Below, one piece after another: positions 18,912 through 32,500 of a stretch of 38,518 nucleotides of DNA. This stretch comes from Nemertoderma westbladi (taxonomy: Eukaryota > Animalia > Xenacoelomorpha). Under the pieces are notes generated by a model. That model searched no databases. It had not been told where the DNA came from and was given only the letters and a program-made list of their open reading frames with translations. Every line of letters begins with the position of its first letter. The first letter of the stretch is position 1. The translations under genes were made by a program, and so were the position numbers. The stretch spans positions 1 to 38,518 of the forward strand of contig JAUCBJ010003657.1 in the NCBI GenBank assembly GCA_032718475.1. Direction: 5' to 3'.

Positions 18912-20842
18912 CGGGCGCGGGGTCACGCTTCTACACGGGGTGATGTGTCACGTCTCTACCCGAGCGCGGGGTCACGTCTCTACATGGGCGTGGGGTCACG
19001 CTTCTACACGGGCGCAGGGTTACGCTTCTAGACGGGCACGGGTTGATGTGTCACGTCTCTACCCGGGTGCGGGGTCACGTCTCTACACGGGCGCAGGGTC
19101 ACGCTTCTACACGGGCGCGGGGTCCCGCTTCTACACGGGCACGGGGTGATGTGTCACGTCTCTACCTGGGCGCGGGATCACGTCTCTACACGGGCGCAGG
19201 GTCACGCTTCTACACGGGTTGATGTGTCACGTCTCTACCCGGGCGCGGGGTCATGTCTCTACACGGGCGCAGGGTCAAGCTTCTACACGGGCGCGGGGTC
19301 ACGCTTCTACACAGGCACGGGGTGATGTGTCATGTCTCTACCTGGGCGCGGGGTCACGCTTCTACACGGGCATGGGCTGATGTGTCACGTCTCTACACGG
19401 GCGCGGGGTCACGTCTCTACATGGGCGCAGGGTCACGCTTCTACACGGGTGCGGGGTCACGTCTCTACACAGGCACAGGGTGATGTGTCACGTCTCTACC
19501 TGGGCGCGGGGTGACGTCTCTACACAGGCGCAGGGTCACGTTTCTACACGGGCGTGGGGTCACGCTTCTACACGGGCACGGGGTGATGTGTCACGTCTCT
19601 ACCCAGGCGCGGCGTCACGTCTCTACACAGGCACAGGGTCATGCTTCTACACGGGCGCGGGGTCACGTCTCTACATGGGCGCAGGGTCACGCTTCTACAT
19701 GGGCGCGGGGTCACGCTTCTACACGGGCACTGGTTGATGTGTCACGTCTCTACCCGGGTGCCGGGTCACGTCTCTACACGGGCGCAGGGTCACGCTTCTA
19801 CACGGGCGCGGGGTCACGCTTCTACACGGGCACGGGGTGATGTGTCATTTCTCTACCCGTGCGCCGGGTCATGTCTCTACACGGGCGCAGGGTCATGCTT
19901 CTACACGGGCACGGGGTGGGGTGATGTGTCACATCTCTACCCGGGCACTGGGTCACGCTTCTGCACTGGCACAGGGTGATGTGTCACGCTTCTACACGGG
20001 CGCGGGGTCCCGCTTCTACACGGGCACGGGGTGATGTGTCACGTCTCTACCTGGGCGCGGGATCACGTCTCTACACGGGCGCAGGGTCACGCTTCTACAC
20101 GGGTTGATGTGTCACGTCTCTACCCGGGCGCGGGGTCATGTCTCTACACGGGCGCAGGGTCAAGCTTCTACACGGGCGCGGGGTCACGCTTCTACACAGG
20201 CACGGGGTGATGTGTCATGTCTCTACCTGGGCGCGGGGTCACGCTTCTACACGGGCATGGGCTGATGTGTCACGTCTCTACACGGGCGCGGGGTCACGTC
20301 TCTACATGGGCGCAGGGTCACGCTTCTACACGGGTGCGGGGTCACGTCTCTACACAGGCACAGGGTGATGTGTCACGTCTCTACACGGGCGCAGGGTCAC
20401 GTCTCTACACGGGCGCAGGGTCATGCTTCTACACGGGCGCGGGGTCACGATTCTACACGGGCACAGGGTGATGTGTCACGTCTCTACCCGGGCGCGGGGT
20501 CACGCTTCTACATGGGCACGGGGTGATGTGTCACGTCTCTACCCGGGCGCGGGGTCACGCTTCTACACGGGCACGGGGTGATGTGTCACGTCTCTACCCG
20601 GGCGCGGGGTCACGCTTCTACACGGGCAAGGGGTGATGTGTCACGTCTCTACCCCGGGCGCGGGGTCACCCTTCTACACGGGCACGGGGTGATGTGTCAC
20701 GTCTCTACCCTGGCGCGGGGTCACGCTTCTACACGGGCACAGGGTGATGTGTCACGTCTCTACCCGGGCGCGGGGTCACGCTTCTATATGGGCACGGGGT
20801 GATGTGTCACGTCTCTACCCCGGGCGCGGCATCATGTCTCTA
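18912..20842. repeat. GC-rich minisatellite of mixed 24-bp and 31-bp units
   Basis: GGGCGCGGGGTCACGCTTCTACAC (24) and GGGCACGGGGTGATGTGTCACGTCTCTACCC (31); higher-order duplication with an 885-bp offset. Confidence 0.97.
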
Positions 20843-20979
20843 TCGTCTCGTCATCGTTATACCCGTAATATATAAAATTGTTAAAATAAAAAAAAGTATA
20901 TAATTTACATTTCTGAATAGTAGGCCGCAAACTGTATTTTGACAGCCATCTCTACTGTATATTTTGTAAAAAAAAACTA

Positions 20980-22883
20980 AGGGAAGCCTCTACAAAATAA
21001 TTAATACGGAAGCCCACAACTGTCAAGGACAAAACATTAATAAAACTTGGACGCAATTAAATAAATTTCATACAAAGCCATAGAAAGCATGCCATTTCAA
21101 AATTCATCAAGGCGTTTTGCCCTGAGGGCATTTTGCCCTGAGGGCATATTGCCCTGAGGGCGTTTTGCCCTGAGGGCGTTTTGCCCTGAGGGCGTTTTGC
21201 CCTGAGGGCGTTTTGCCCTGAGGGCATTTTGCCCTGAGGGCATTTTGCCATGAGGGCATTTTGGCTTGAGGGCATTTTGCCATGAGGGCATTTTGCCCTG
21301 AGCGCTTTTATTAGGAATATTACTGCTCTCATGTACAGTATATGACCATCCTTGCTGCCCATTACTAACTACCAGATTACCGTGGTATGGTAGTGGTTGG
21401 CCTACAGTATAATGTCTGAAACTAATCAGGAGGATATAATTAGGTATTACTTCAGTAGTGGCTTTGATTATAAGGAAATTCTGGATTGGACTGAGGGCAA
21501 AATGCCCTCAGGGCAAAACGCCCTCAGGGCAAAATGCCCTCAGGGCAAAACGCCCTCAGGGCAAAACGCCCTCAGGGCAAAATGCCCTCAGGGCAAAATG
21601 CCCTCTGGTAAAAATGCCCTCAGGGCAAAACGCCCTGATGAATTTTGAAATGGCATGCTTTCTATGGCTTTGTATGAAATTTATTTAATTGCGTCCAAGT
21701 TTTATTAATGTTTTGTCCTTGACAGTTGTGGGCTTCCGTAAATTAAAGCCATTTTTTCAACAAATTTTATTAGAATTTATGATGGACTGCGGTTATCTAA
21801 GATTATAGCCCAGATACGGGGATTGTTGGCACAGGGTGAATGTCTCAGTCCTTTATTGTTTGTGATTTTCATTTCTGATATTGTTGGTTTTGTTAGAGAA
21901 GCAGTACGGGAAATAGGCGAAGTTGTAATATTGCTGTTTGCTGATGACCTTTTATTTTACGCCCATACTAGAGAGGAAATTCAAGCCGCATTAGACGCCC
22001 TTTGGGATTGGACACAAGCAAAAGGTCTTGAAGTTAATTTGGATAAAACTGCTATTATTAAGTTTCGACGAGGTGGGAAGTTGTGTCTAAACGATAAATT
22101 TTACTTAAATGGAAAACTAGTTAAAATAGTAAATAACTACAAGTATCTTGGAATGATTTTTCAACCGTCCCGATCGTTTACCAAACATTGTGTTGCAGTC
22201 ACTTGTAAATGTTTAAAATCAATCCATTCCATACACGATCCGCACTTATTGTCAGTATCGACAGCTATGCGCTTATTTTCTATTAAGATTGTACCGGTCA
22301 TAACATATGGTTTACGAGTAATATGGCCCCATCTGAAATCCAGTGATATGGAAACTTTAGTAAAATTAAAACAGTCTATCTGAAGAAGACTATCAGTTTC
22401 AAAATTTAGTAAAATTCGCCTAGTCTACGCATTGGCTCAGGAACCTCCGTTGACACTGGAGTTGGTGGACAAGTTAAATCTTCCACTCACAACAGAGTTT
22501 AATATCACACAGTAATATTAATGAAAAACTCGATGACATCCAAAGTGAATTTTGGTCTTTAAGACTACACTCTGATCGAAGTTGGGCGAACTCGAACCAA
22601 AAGTCTCGACAAATTCTCTCACGTTTAGCAATGCACGGATACCATCACCATATTTGCTCGACAGGGCGTTTTCACGAAGCCTCTAGTAGTTGCTGTTGTA
22701 GACTCTGTGGCGAGCCTGCGTCGCAGTACCATCTCATATCTTGTAGAGCGAACTCTAAAAGTTTATATTATTACAGCAATCTTAATTAATCGTGCGTAAT
22801 CTCTTCGTAATACCATATGCATATGTGAAATTTTGTACATTGTTTTTACTGTACCAATATTTTTGGTTTAATAAATTATATTA
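20980..22883 (+). mobile_element. 5'-truncated LINE (RT C-terminal half + Cys/His tail), interrupted by an IS3EU-like element
   Basis: LAQGECLSPLLF, LLFADDL and YKYLG RT motifs (21823-22383); CRLCGEP...H..SC near 22700-22745; AATAAA/ATT tail; 13-bp TSD TAAAAAAAAACTA at 20967-20979 and 22884-22896; frameshifted. Confidence 0.9.
21005..21740. mobile_element. IS3EU-like non-autonomous DNA transposon with long TIRs and 16-bp subterminal tandem repeats
   Basis: TACGG...CCGTA termini, about 105-bp perfect outer TIR, inverted arrays of CCCTGAGGGCRTTTTG, 6-bp TSD AATTAA; core encodes MSETNQEDIIRYYFSSGFDYKEIL, resembling an IS3EU/integrase-core transposase N-terminus. Confidence 0.8.
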
Positions 22884-23587
22884 TAAAAAAAAACTAGCTA
22901 TAGTAGCAAATAATTAATAGCTATCCTGATTATCAAATACAAATTACTAGCTATGTTTCATAAATTATTTCAGAGAAATTTAATTGATGAGAAAAGTATA
23001 ATTTTAATTTTTTTACATTCTAATAACATGTAGGCTACTAGCTCACACACAAAATTGTTAGCTACCGTATTTACAGTCAGAAGGTCAAATATTTATTCTA
23101 TAACAAAAAACCTCATGATAAAACCATTTTCATAGGATAAAAAGGGGTTAAAAACAAGGCGTAGCATCAATGCCTTACATTGCGACACAGACAATTCTCA
23201 GACAATTATTAATAATAATTAAGGGGGGGGGGGGGGGGGGGGGTTCACCATTTTGGTCAAAAATGTGTCGAATTTTTTTTATGGTCTATTATAATGCACC
23301 ATTGAATGGTGTTTCCAAATCTGAAAACCGCTATTTAATAGCTCTTTTAGTTTTAACAATTTCCATTTAGGGATTCCTATTGAAATTACTATTAGTATGT
23401 ATAAGGAAATGTCGATTATCTCAAAATAGTTTTTTATGAAATTGTCAACTTCAAAACCCTACTACTTCTACAATTTTTGAGCAATTTGTCTGAAACTTTC
23501 TGTGGGTGTCTACATAGCCACCTTGTATAAAAGTATCAGACAACTTTTCGAAATTATTTTTTAATAAAATGTAATACTATTTATAAC

Positions 23588-23862
23588 ACACGGGGTCACG
23601 CTTCTACATGGGCACGGGGTTATGTATCACGTCTCAACCCGGGCGCGGGGTCACGTCTCTACACGTTCGCGGGGTCACGCATCTACATGGGCACAGGGTG
23701 ATCTGTCACGTCTCTACTCGGGTGCGGGGTCACGTCTCTAAACGGGCGCGGGGTCACGTCTCTAAACGGGCGCGGGGTCACGTCTCTACACGGGCACGGG
23801 GTCACGTCTCTTCCCGGGCACGGGGTCACGTCTCTACCCGGGCTTGGGGTAATGTCTCTACA
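23588..23862. repeat. Second short array of the same minisatellite
   Basis: Same GGGGTCACGTCTCTAC core. Confidence 0.93.
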
Positions 23863-23881
23863 TCCTCTTTGGTCTCATCGT

Positions 23882-24401
23882 TGGTCATCCTCTTTCTTTA
23901 TATAAAAATCTCTGGGAGCGACAAGAAAATAGACCTTGGTCCGATCAAATATATTTTCTTGGTCATTGGAAATAAAAATTTATGTAATTTATCTTTAGTA
24001 CGCAAAAGGTTAAGGAAACATCCAACCCACACTTGATGAGGAGGTACAGCTTCCATTCTTTGTCGCCGCAGACGCCTGTTGGATTTACTGGCGATAGGAA
24101 AGGAGCTCACTCTGACAGCAGAGAGCTTTATGCAATCAATATAGTCTCAAGGGGAATCAAAGGCGGCAAGTATTAAGACCTATTATTAAACAATTATTAG
24201 TAACTAACCTTAGTATAGATACCATTGTATGTTAATTTACCACTTTAAATTACCTTCTTATGATTAACTGTCTCAGACAGACTGCTTGGCGCCTGGCTTC
24301 CGCCAAGTTTTACAACAACGTCATGACCAACTACAGATACGACCCGCCAAGCTGCTGCAAAGCCCCTAAATTTAGTGGGCCAGTTATTTCTCTTACATAG
24401 A
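23882..24401. repeat. Interspersed repeat family A, uninterrupted copy (unclassified)
   Basis: Highly similar to 32984-33504 end to end. Confidence 0.9.
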
Positions 24402-26485
24402 TTACTCTGGAGATATGGCTGTCTGTCCGTTTTACTGTCGGTTTGTCCGTCAGTAGGCGTATCTATTATTTCAATCAGCCGATTCTAAGTTTTCAATACT
24501 AAAGCCATGGACATTTTTTAAATGTTGTGGCAGACGTTTATAACATCCCTCTATTTTTCATCACATTTTGGACATTTTGAGATTCTACGCTATCCTATAT
24601 TTAACAGACCGGGGTTTATTAGAAATCCTCCCCTTGAATGATATATGTTAACTCCTCCTTCTTCCTAATATTATGCATTTTATTTGCATTGCATTGTATT
24701 TTGTTTTTATTTTATTGATTTTCCGTTTTCTGATACCGGTACACCACCCTCAGGATGAAAGTGATCCTCTGAAAAATAAATAGGTATAAAAGTAAAGAAA
24801 ATTAGACAGCCCGGGCCGGGGGAGGGGGGGGGGGGGGGGGGTCAAACTATATGCAGCATTTTCATCAGCATGGCTCTGATTACTATGGCCTGTTCACACA
24901 ACATTATTTTTTTTCCAAGTCGGATCCCATTTAAACACTATTATATACATTCATCCCATTCACCACCACCATTAACGCTATTAAACGAGAGAAAGCCGCC
25001 CCAATATTAGATTAAAACAACAACATTTGCATTGGGTAAGAAAGTGGAGGAGAGCCAGGCCCGACTCTCAATTTTTTAGTTTATATTACGCGATCAATTT
25101 TCACTCATCTCGTCATGAACACAACATGTATGTAAACTTTTGATAAATTTGTTGGCTATGCGTTTGCGGCTGTTTGGGCGGAGTGTGGTAGGCCTACACT
25201 TTTCACACTGAAACATTTTGGTTGTGAAATGTTCAGGGCACAGCGATCAGAGATATTTCATATATATTTTATTATGAGAGGAAGAAGAACATACAACGTT
25301 ATTTACTATATTATATGTAACGAAATAATTGTTTTTAGGTTTGGAAGCCTCCCCAAATAGTTGATATACAATTATATTTAAAATTATTTCCATGGTCATG
25401 GTCATTCACCCGTCTTTAGTTAGAAATTTGTTTGCATGAAAGACAGTTTAGTTTAGTTTTTACTGATTTATTATCTCTTATCTGACTGGGGTAATAATAA
25501 AGGATAGGATAAATGGAAGCAAAGTGTGACAGTAACAAATATTTCCCCGTCACCCTAGCATGTCTTAAGTATATGATATATCAAAGGGGGAAGTTTGGAT
25601 TCACTGCATAAATGCAGTTCACCAAACTTCCCCCGAATGCACACTGTAACTTCCCCCTTCCCCCAAATATCCACTGTTGAATTAATTTGAAGCGATATAA
25701 TAAGTACAAAATTGTGCGAGTTTTTAATTGTGTAGTCCATTTGTTATTTGATCTCTATTTATTGTTTAAAGTGCATTTAATATCACACTGGTTTTTTAGA
25801 ATATTACAACCTTATGTTTTATTTATTAACCCAATCGAAGCCTTAATAAGGGCCGCTTATTTGTACGCATATCCCTAATGCGCTCAGTATGAGCCAAACA
25901 ACATATTAATATGAAAATAAAGTATCTGCAAAGAAAAGAACCCAATGCTATATAATTTGACCTTATTAAAAAATTTGCACTTTTGCACACTTATTTGTAC
26001 AAGTGCACTTCAGCAGATCGTAATGGTGGTTCTTATTTAACAAACTTATGTCTATCCTCTACCGATCTACGATGATGTATGATCAAGTGTCAGTCACTAA
26101 AAGTGTAAAAAATCTAATTTAATAAATCGCGACATTTGCGATTTTGGACCATATTCATGGGCATTTTAAGTCACTTTATATACATAAAAAGTTAAACAAA
26201 TGTTACGATTATAGTTAGAAATCACTCCAAACTACATTTTAATCCAAAAAATAACATTCTACGATGAATGGAACTGGAAATAATAGTGTTTGAAATATCG
26301 AAAAAATGTGTACTTTTTAAGTGCAATATGCACTAAGTGCACATGCGTCTTTTCCCAAGTTATATCCTATTTCACACACTACAATCTATCCTCTATCCAA
26401 TGAAAAAAGTTTCAGATCAAACGGCCCAGTAGAACAGAAGTTATTGATGTTTAAAATTAATCACTCGAAAATTTCAAATTCTCTT

Positions 26486-26558
26486 GGTCACGTAGTCTAG
26501 TGGTAATCAATCACGTTAACGATACTTAAGTTCGTGGGTTCGAAACCCAATATGACCA
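26486..26558 (+). pseudogene. tRNA-like remnant (A box/B box), copy 1
   Basis: 73 nt; TAGTCTAGTGG and GGTTCGAAACCC; GGTCA/TGACC acceptor pairing; anticodon arm does not pair. Confidence 0.6.
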
Positions 26559-29495
26559 TTCTTAATTTTTTGCAAAAAAAAATATTTTTAATTTTTGACT
26601 AAATTTCGGTTCTGGTGCTCCAAATTCAATAAAATTGGTATATTCTTTGCCGTAATTTTTTTTTCTATCTTTTGAGAGGGGGTATTTTTGGCCCCAAAAA
26701 AAATAAAAAAAAGGGCCAAAATTACGCGATATTTTTCGACCCTTAAAACTCGTTATTTTAATTATAAATGTTAAGAAAAAAGATAGTGGAGTTAATTTGC
26801 TACATTTTACAGGAACTTTTGGCGCAAAAAGTTAAATTATAATGTAATGGCGATTTATTAAAAAAAAAATTTTTTGTCCCTTTTTTATAAGTAGTATATT
26901 TCACACGATCGTCTGCCGCTTCAGTTATATAATAGCTATGGCGCTGTAACTACCGTTGAAAGATAGATAATTTGACGCTCTATAAGACTGTTTAAATAAG
27001 TCTCCCAGACCTAATGTATTTTTCGAGCTAGACGAGTTCCCGCGAAGCGAGTTTGAAGCGTGAAATTATAATTTGGGCCCTAATTTTTTTAATATCGTTT
27101 GCGCGGCAAAACCAATCGAATATTTGGATTCCCCATATCGATATTAACCGTATAAAATGTACTTTAACCTTCAAGAGTCAAAAATAAAAAAGTTGTTAGT
27201 TATAAACTTTTTATTATTTTCTGGCCCTTTTTGGACCCCTTTGCCTACATATTTTTTGTACCCCCATTCGATAGGAATGTAGCCCCTGTGGTCTTCTACG
27301 CTTTCCGAAAAAGAATTGGCAGATTCCTACCTGCGTTGTCGAATTAAAAATTTTGGAAATAATAATTATGTAAAAAAGATGGAAAAAACGGACAAAGTTA
27401 CGGCCCCTTTTTCCACCCGAAATATTAATAAATATTTTACCCCCATTCGATACGAAGGTAGTACCACTCTTCCCCGTTCCAACCGCGTTAATTTCGTCCC
27501 CGTACGATTAATATTAGACGAGTCAGAGCGGATCCCGCAAAGCCATTTTGTCCGTTTTTTCAACTTTGACGGACAATTTCGGGAAAAAGGCGTGGTAATC
27601 TTTTTTGAAAATAAAAACGAATTCACTAATTAATCCCTTCTATCGTATCCCGGCGTCGGTTAAGCATAAACCTAGGGTTTTTTCGAGCCACTGTAGAGCG
27701 CCTTTCAAAAATTTTTTAAAATTGTCAAAAAAATGACGGTTTTTTGTCCGCCGTGTCCGTCGAGGGGATCGATTTGCTAATGTTAGAGTGGCTAATATCT
27801 TAGAATTCCGAGTCGCTCCCCTGGTGAGAAAATAAAAAAATTTGGTCTGTTCCTTCATCGAAAAGTCCCCCAGAATCCCAAGTTAACCTATATAGTTGGC
27901 GATGGCCTGCGGCTTTAGGAGCGGCCGCGGTATTCACCTACCTCATAGCGGCCGCGGCGGTGTTGCGTCAAATGGAGAAATATTTATCCCACCGAGAGAA
28001 AGCCGCCCCAATATTAGATTATTACAACAACATATCCATTGGGTAAGAAAGTGGAGGAGAGCCAGCCCGTCTCTTAATTTTTTAGTTTATATTACGCGAT
28101 CAATTTTCACTCATCTCGTCATGAACCCAACATGTATGTAACCTTTTGTTAAATTTGTTGGCTATGCGTTTGCGGTTGTTTGGGCGTTGTGTGGTAGGCC
28201 TACACTTTTCACACTTAAATGTTTTGGTTGTGAAATGTTACAGGGCATAGCAATCTGAGATATTTCATTTATATTTTATTATGAGAGGAAGAAGAACATA
28301 CAACGTTATTTACTATATATGTAACAAAATAATTGTTTTCGGGTTTAACTTGGAAGCCTCCCCAAATAGTTTATATACAATTATATTTAAAATTATTTCC
28401 ATGGTCATGGTCATTCACCCGTCTTTAGTTAGAAATTTGTTTGCATGAAAGACAGTTTAGTTTAGTTTTTACTGATTTATTATCTCTTATCTGACTGGGG
28501 TAATAATAAAGGATAGGATAAATGGAAGCAAAGTGTGACAGTAACAAATATTTCCCTGACAACCTAGCGTGTCTTAAGTATATGATATCTCAAAGGGGGG
28601 AGTTTGGATTCACTGCATAAATGCAGTTCACCAAACTTCCCCCGAATGCACACTGTAACTTCCCCCTTCTCCCAAATATCCACTGTTGAATTAATTTGAA
28701 GCGATATAATAAGTACAAAATTGTGCGAGTTTTTAATTGTGTGGTCCAATTGTTATTTGATTTCTATTTATTATTTAAAGTGCATTTAATATCACACTGG
28801 TTTTTTAGAATATTACAACCTTATGTTTTATTAATTTACCCAATCGAAGCCTCATAAGGGCCGGTTATTTGTACGCATATCCCCTAATGCGCTCAGTAAG
28901 GTCCAAACAACATATTAATATGAAAATAAAGTATCTTCAAAGAAAAGAACCCAATACTATATAATTTGACCTTATTTAAAAATTTGCACTTTTGCACACT
29001 TATTTGTACAAGTGCACTTTAGCAGATCGTAATCGTGGCTCTTTTATTTAACAAACTTATGTTTATCTTCTACCGATCTACGATTGTATATGATCAAGTG
29101 TCAGTCGCTAAAAGTGTCAAAAATCCAATTTAATAAATCTCGATATTTGCGATTTTGGACCATATTCATGGACATTTTAAGTCACTTTATAGACATAAAA
29201 AGTTAAACAAATGTTACGATTATAGTTAGAAATCATTCCAAACTACATTTAATCCAAAAAGTAACATTCTACGATGAATAGAACTGGAAATAATAGTGTT
29301 TGAAATATCGAAAAAATGTTCCCTATTTAAGTGCATTTTGCACAAAGTGCACATAAGTCTTTTCCCAAGTTGTTTACTATTTCACATACTACAATCTATC
29401 CTCTATCCAATGAAAAAAGTTTCAGATCAAACGGCCCTGTAGAACCGAAGTTATTGATGTTTAAAAATAGTCACTCGAAAATTTCAAATTCACTT

Positions 29496-29569
29496 GATCA
29501 CATAGTCTAGTGGTTATCAATAACGTTAATGAAACCTAAGTTCGCGGGTTCGAAATCCAATATTGACCA
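29496..29569 (+). pseudogene. tRNA-like remnant, copy 2
   Basis: Homolog of 26486-26558 in the second 3-kb unit. Confidence 0.55.
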
Positions 29570-32500
29570 TTCTTAATTTTTTGCAAAAAAATTACTTTTA
29601 TTTTTTCACTAAAATCGCTCTAACTTCGGTTCTGGTGGTCCAAATTCAATAAAATTGGTATATTCTTTGCCGTAATTTTTTTCTTAATCTTTTGAGAAGG
29701 GGATATTTTTGGCCCCAAAAAAATTAAAAAAAAGGGCCAAAATAACGCGATATTTTTCGACCCTTAAAATTCGTAATTTTAATTATATATGTTAAGATAA
29801 AAGATAGCGGAGTTAATTTGATACTTTTTACAGGTACTTTTGGCGCAATACGCTAAATTATAATGGAGTAGCGATTTGTTAAAAAAAAAAATTGTTCGTC
29901 CCTTTTTATAAATATTATATTTCACACGATCGTCTGCCGCTCCAGTTTTATAATACCTCCGGCGCTGTAATTAACGCTGTTAGATAGATAATTTAACGCA
30001 ATATAAGTCTGTGTAAACAAATCTCCCGTAAGTTAAGTAGTTTTCGAGCTAGACGATTTCCCGCGAAGCGAGTTTGAAGCGCGAAATTATAATTTTGGCC
30101 CTCATTTTTTTTATATCATCCTTGGAGCAAAACCGATAGCATATTTGAATTCCCCGTATCGATATTGACCGCATAGAATGTACCTTAACCAACTAAAGTT
30201 AAAAATAAAAAAATATTCGATAAAAACTACTTTACAAATTCTGGCCCTTTTTGGCCCCTATTGCCGACATATTTTTTGTACCCCCATTCGATAGGAACGT
30301 AGCCCCAATGGTCTTCTACGAGTTTCATAAAATAATTAGTCGATTCCTACCCGCGTTGTCGAATTAAACATTTCGGAAATAAGTGTTCCAAAAAAGACGG
30401 ACAAAAACGTACAAATTTACGGCCCCTTTTTCCACCCGAAATTTTAATAAATATCTTATCCCCATTCGATACGAAGGTAGTACCACTCTTCCCCTTTCCA
30501 ACCGCGTTACTTTCGTCCCCGTACGATTAATATTAGCCGAGTTATAGCGGATCCTGCAAAGTCATTTTGTCCGTTTTTTCAACTTTGACGGACAATTTCG
30601 GGAAAAAGGCGTGGTAATCTTTTTTGAAAAAAAAAAACGAATTCACTAATTAATCCCTTCTATCGTATCCCGGCGTCGGCTAAGCAATAACCTAGGGTTT
30701 TTTCGAGCCACTGTAGAACGCCTTTCAAAAATTTTTTAAAAAAGTCGAAAAAATGACGGTTTTTTGTCCGCCGTGTCCGTCGAGGGGATAGATTTGCTAA
30801 TGTTAGAGTTGCTAATATCTTAGAATTCCGAGCCGCTCCCCTGGTGCGAAAATAAAAAAAATTGGTCAGTTCCTTCATGGAAAAGTCCCCCAGAATCCCA
30901 AGTTAACCTATATAGTTAGCGATGGCCTGCGGCTTTAGGAGCGGCCGCGGTATTCACCTCCCTCATAGCGGCCGCGGTGGTGTTGCGTCAAATGGAGAAA
31001 TATTTATCCCACCAAGGGGGGGGGGGGGGGGGTGGTTTTTGTGTTATAACTTTGAAACAAACGCCGTTGGGAATTTTAAATTTTTCAAATTTTCATAAAA
31101 TTATTTTGTCTTCCTAATTGTAAAAACAGTTAGATAGTTAGACATTTTTCGAGTTTATCACCACTTTTGAACTCAATTTTTGGCACTATTTTTCGAGTCA
31201 ATGGCGCTAAATGACCGCAAATTCCATCATCCCTGTGTTTAGTGGGTTTAGTATGGTTCGTCTACTTTGTGGTTGTGGGTTTTGTGGACATTATGGGGTT
31301 ACTGGACATAGTGGGTTTAGTGGTTAGTGGGATTAGTGTTAAATTCGAAGGAATACGGAAATGTGGTAGAAATTTCAAACTTGTTTTTCATTTGCGGGTG
31401 CCAAAATTTGGTTCTAGCACCAAATTTTGAATTCCACCAAATATATCAATTGGCTACGTCATCTTGTTTCTTAGGTTACACGGGTTTGTGAATCCCAACC
31501 CGTCCATGAATTAAATAAAATTAAAAAATTTATCTTCCAAAATATGTTTTGGACGATGGAGCAAAAAATATATCTAATTATAATCAAAATTCGAAAAAAA
31601 GTGAAATACGGACCACGTGAGCGTGTAGACTACAGGCCAGAGTAACGCCGCAATAATTGTTTTGTAATGTTGCCCTCTGATGTTATATTTTGCTACATAG
31701 CAGCCCATTTCAGTACATCCTATCGGCAGCTCCAAACCAAAACCCAGTATGTACATTTTTTTTTAATCGATTTGTTTAGATTTTTGGGGTTTTGGGGGGC
31801 GTAGAATTCACCTGACTCAGTTTCGAAAACGTAGCACTATCCGATTTCGCAGTATTAACAATTAATTAATTAATTAATTTAGAGCAAATACCACGTCGAA
31901 ACACAGTATAGTTACTGGGTTTCGTTTATCCTTTCTGACAGTGTTATTTTATATTTTCTGCTAACTGAAAAAAAACGACCACAAAATCGAAGTTAAGTTC
32001 AAAATTGTAAAGCCACAGTCCAAACCCCACTCACTCCCCACCCCACCCCCCCCCCCCCCCCCCCCCATCCCCCCAAAAGCTCCCACCGGTAGCAGCCCTC
32101 GACTAGCTATGCTATTGGCTGCTACCCTTTCCCATAATTATATATTATATATACTTATATAATGTTAAATGTTGTAAAATGTATTTTGATTGTTCTGGAT
32201 TTGTTTTCATTGGGAAATAATAATTATTATTATAATTAGACATTTAATTTTTACTACAACATGAACATGATAATATTTTGCAGCATTGCAAGTGTAGAAG
32301 AACAGCGGTTAATTAGAACCACCTCAAAGGCTCAATCCAAAGTAAAGTACGGTACTTTCGTACACAATTTTAAACTTTGATTGACTGTACAATGTTATCC
32401 ACAGCATATATTTGCACAAAATTGTGCTTGGATTGAACTTTCGAATATCAGCTTTGATTTCGCTAAGATTATTGCGGGACTCGGTCACTTTTGAGAAAAC

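Larger units (their letters stand above)
24986..31013. repeat. Head-to-tail tandem duplication of a ~3.0-kb non-coding unit (24986-27992, 27993-31013)
   Basis: CGAGAGAAAGCCGCCCCAATATTAGATT at 24986 and 27993; both units end ATTTATCCCAC; colinear with many substitutions (roughly 90% identity by eye). Confidence 0.95.

Noticed and set aside
18940-20802. Many short ORFs, and a CRISPR-like look of the array
   Set aside because: Minisatellite translations; units are contiguous with no unique spacers, there are no cas genes, and the context is eukaryotic.
21057-21688. ORFs with repeated GQNALRAKCPQGK
   Set aside because: Products of the 16-bp subterminal repeats; only the MSETNQ...KEIL stretch looks like a real protein relic.
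23219-23570. Kolobok/piggyBac-type element starting TTAAGGGG
   Set aside because: No matching opposite terminus found.
23882-24401. Helitron assignment for repeat family A
   Set aside because: The TC-rich start is suggestive, but I see no 3' hairpin plus CTRR end.
26486-26558. Functional tRNA gene (also 29496-29569, 37737-37810)
   Set aside because: Anticodon and other stems do not pair; kept only as tRNA-derived remnants.
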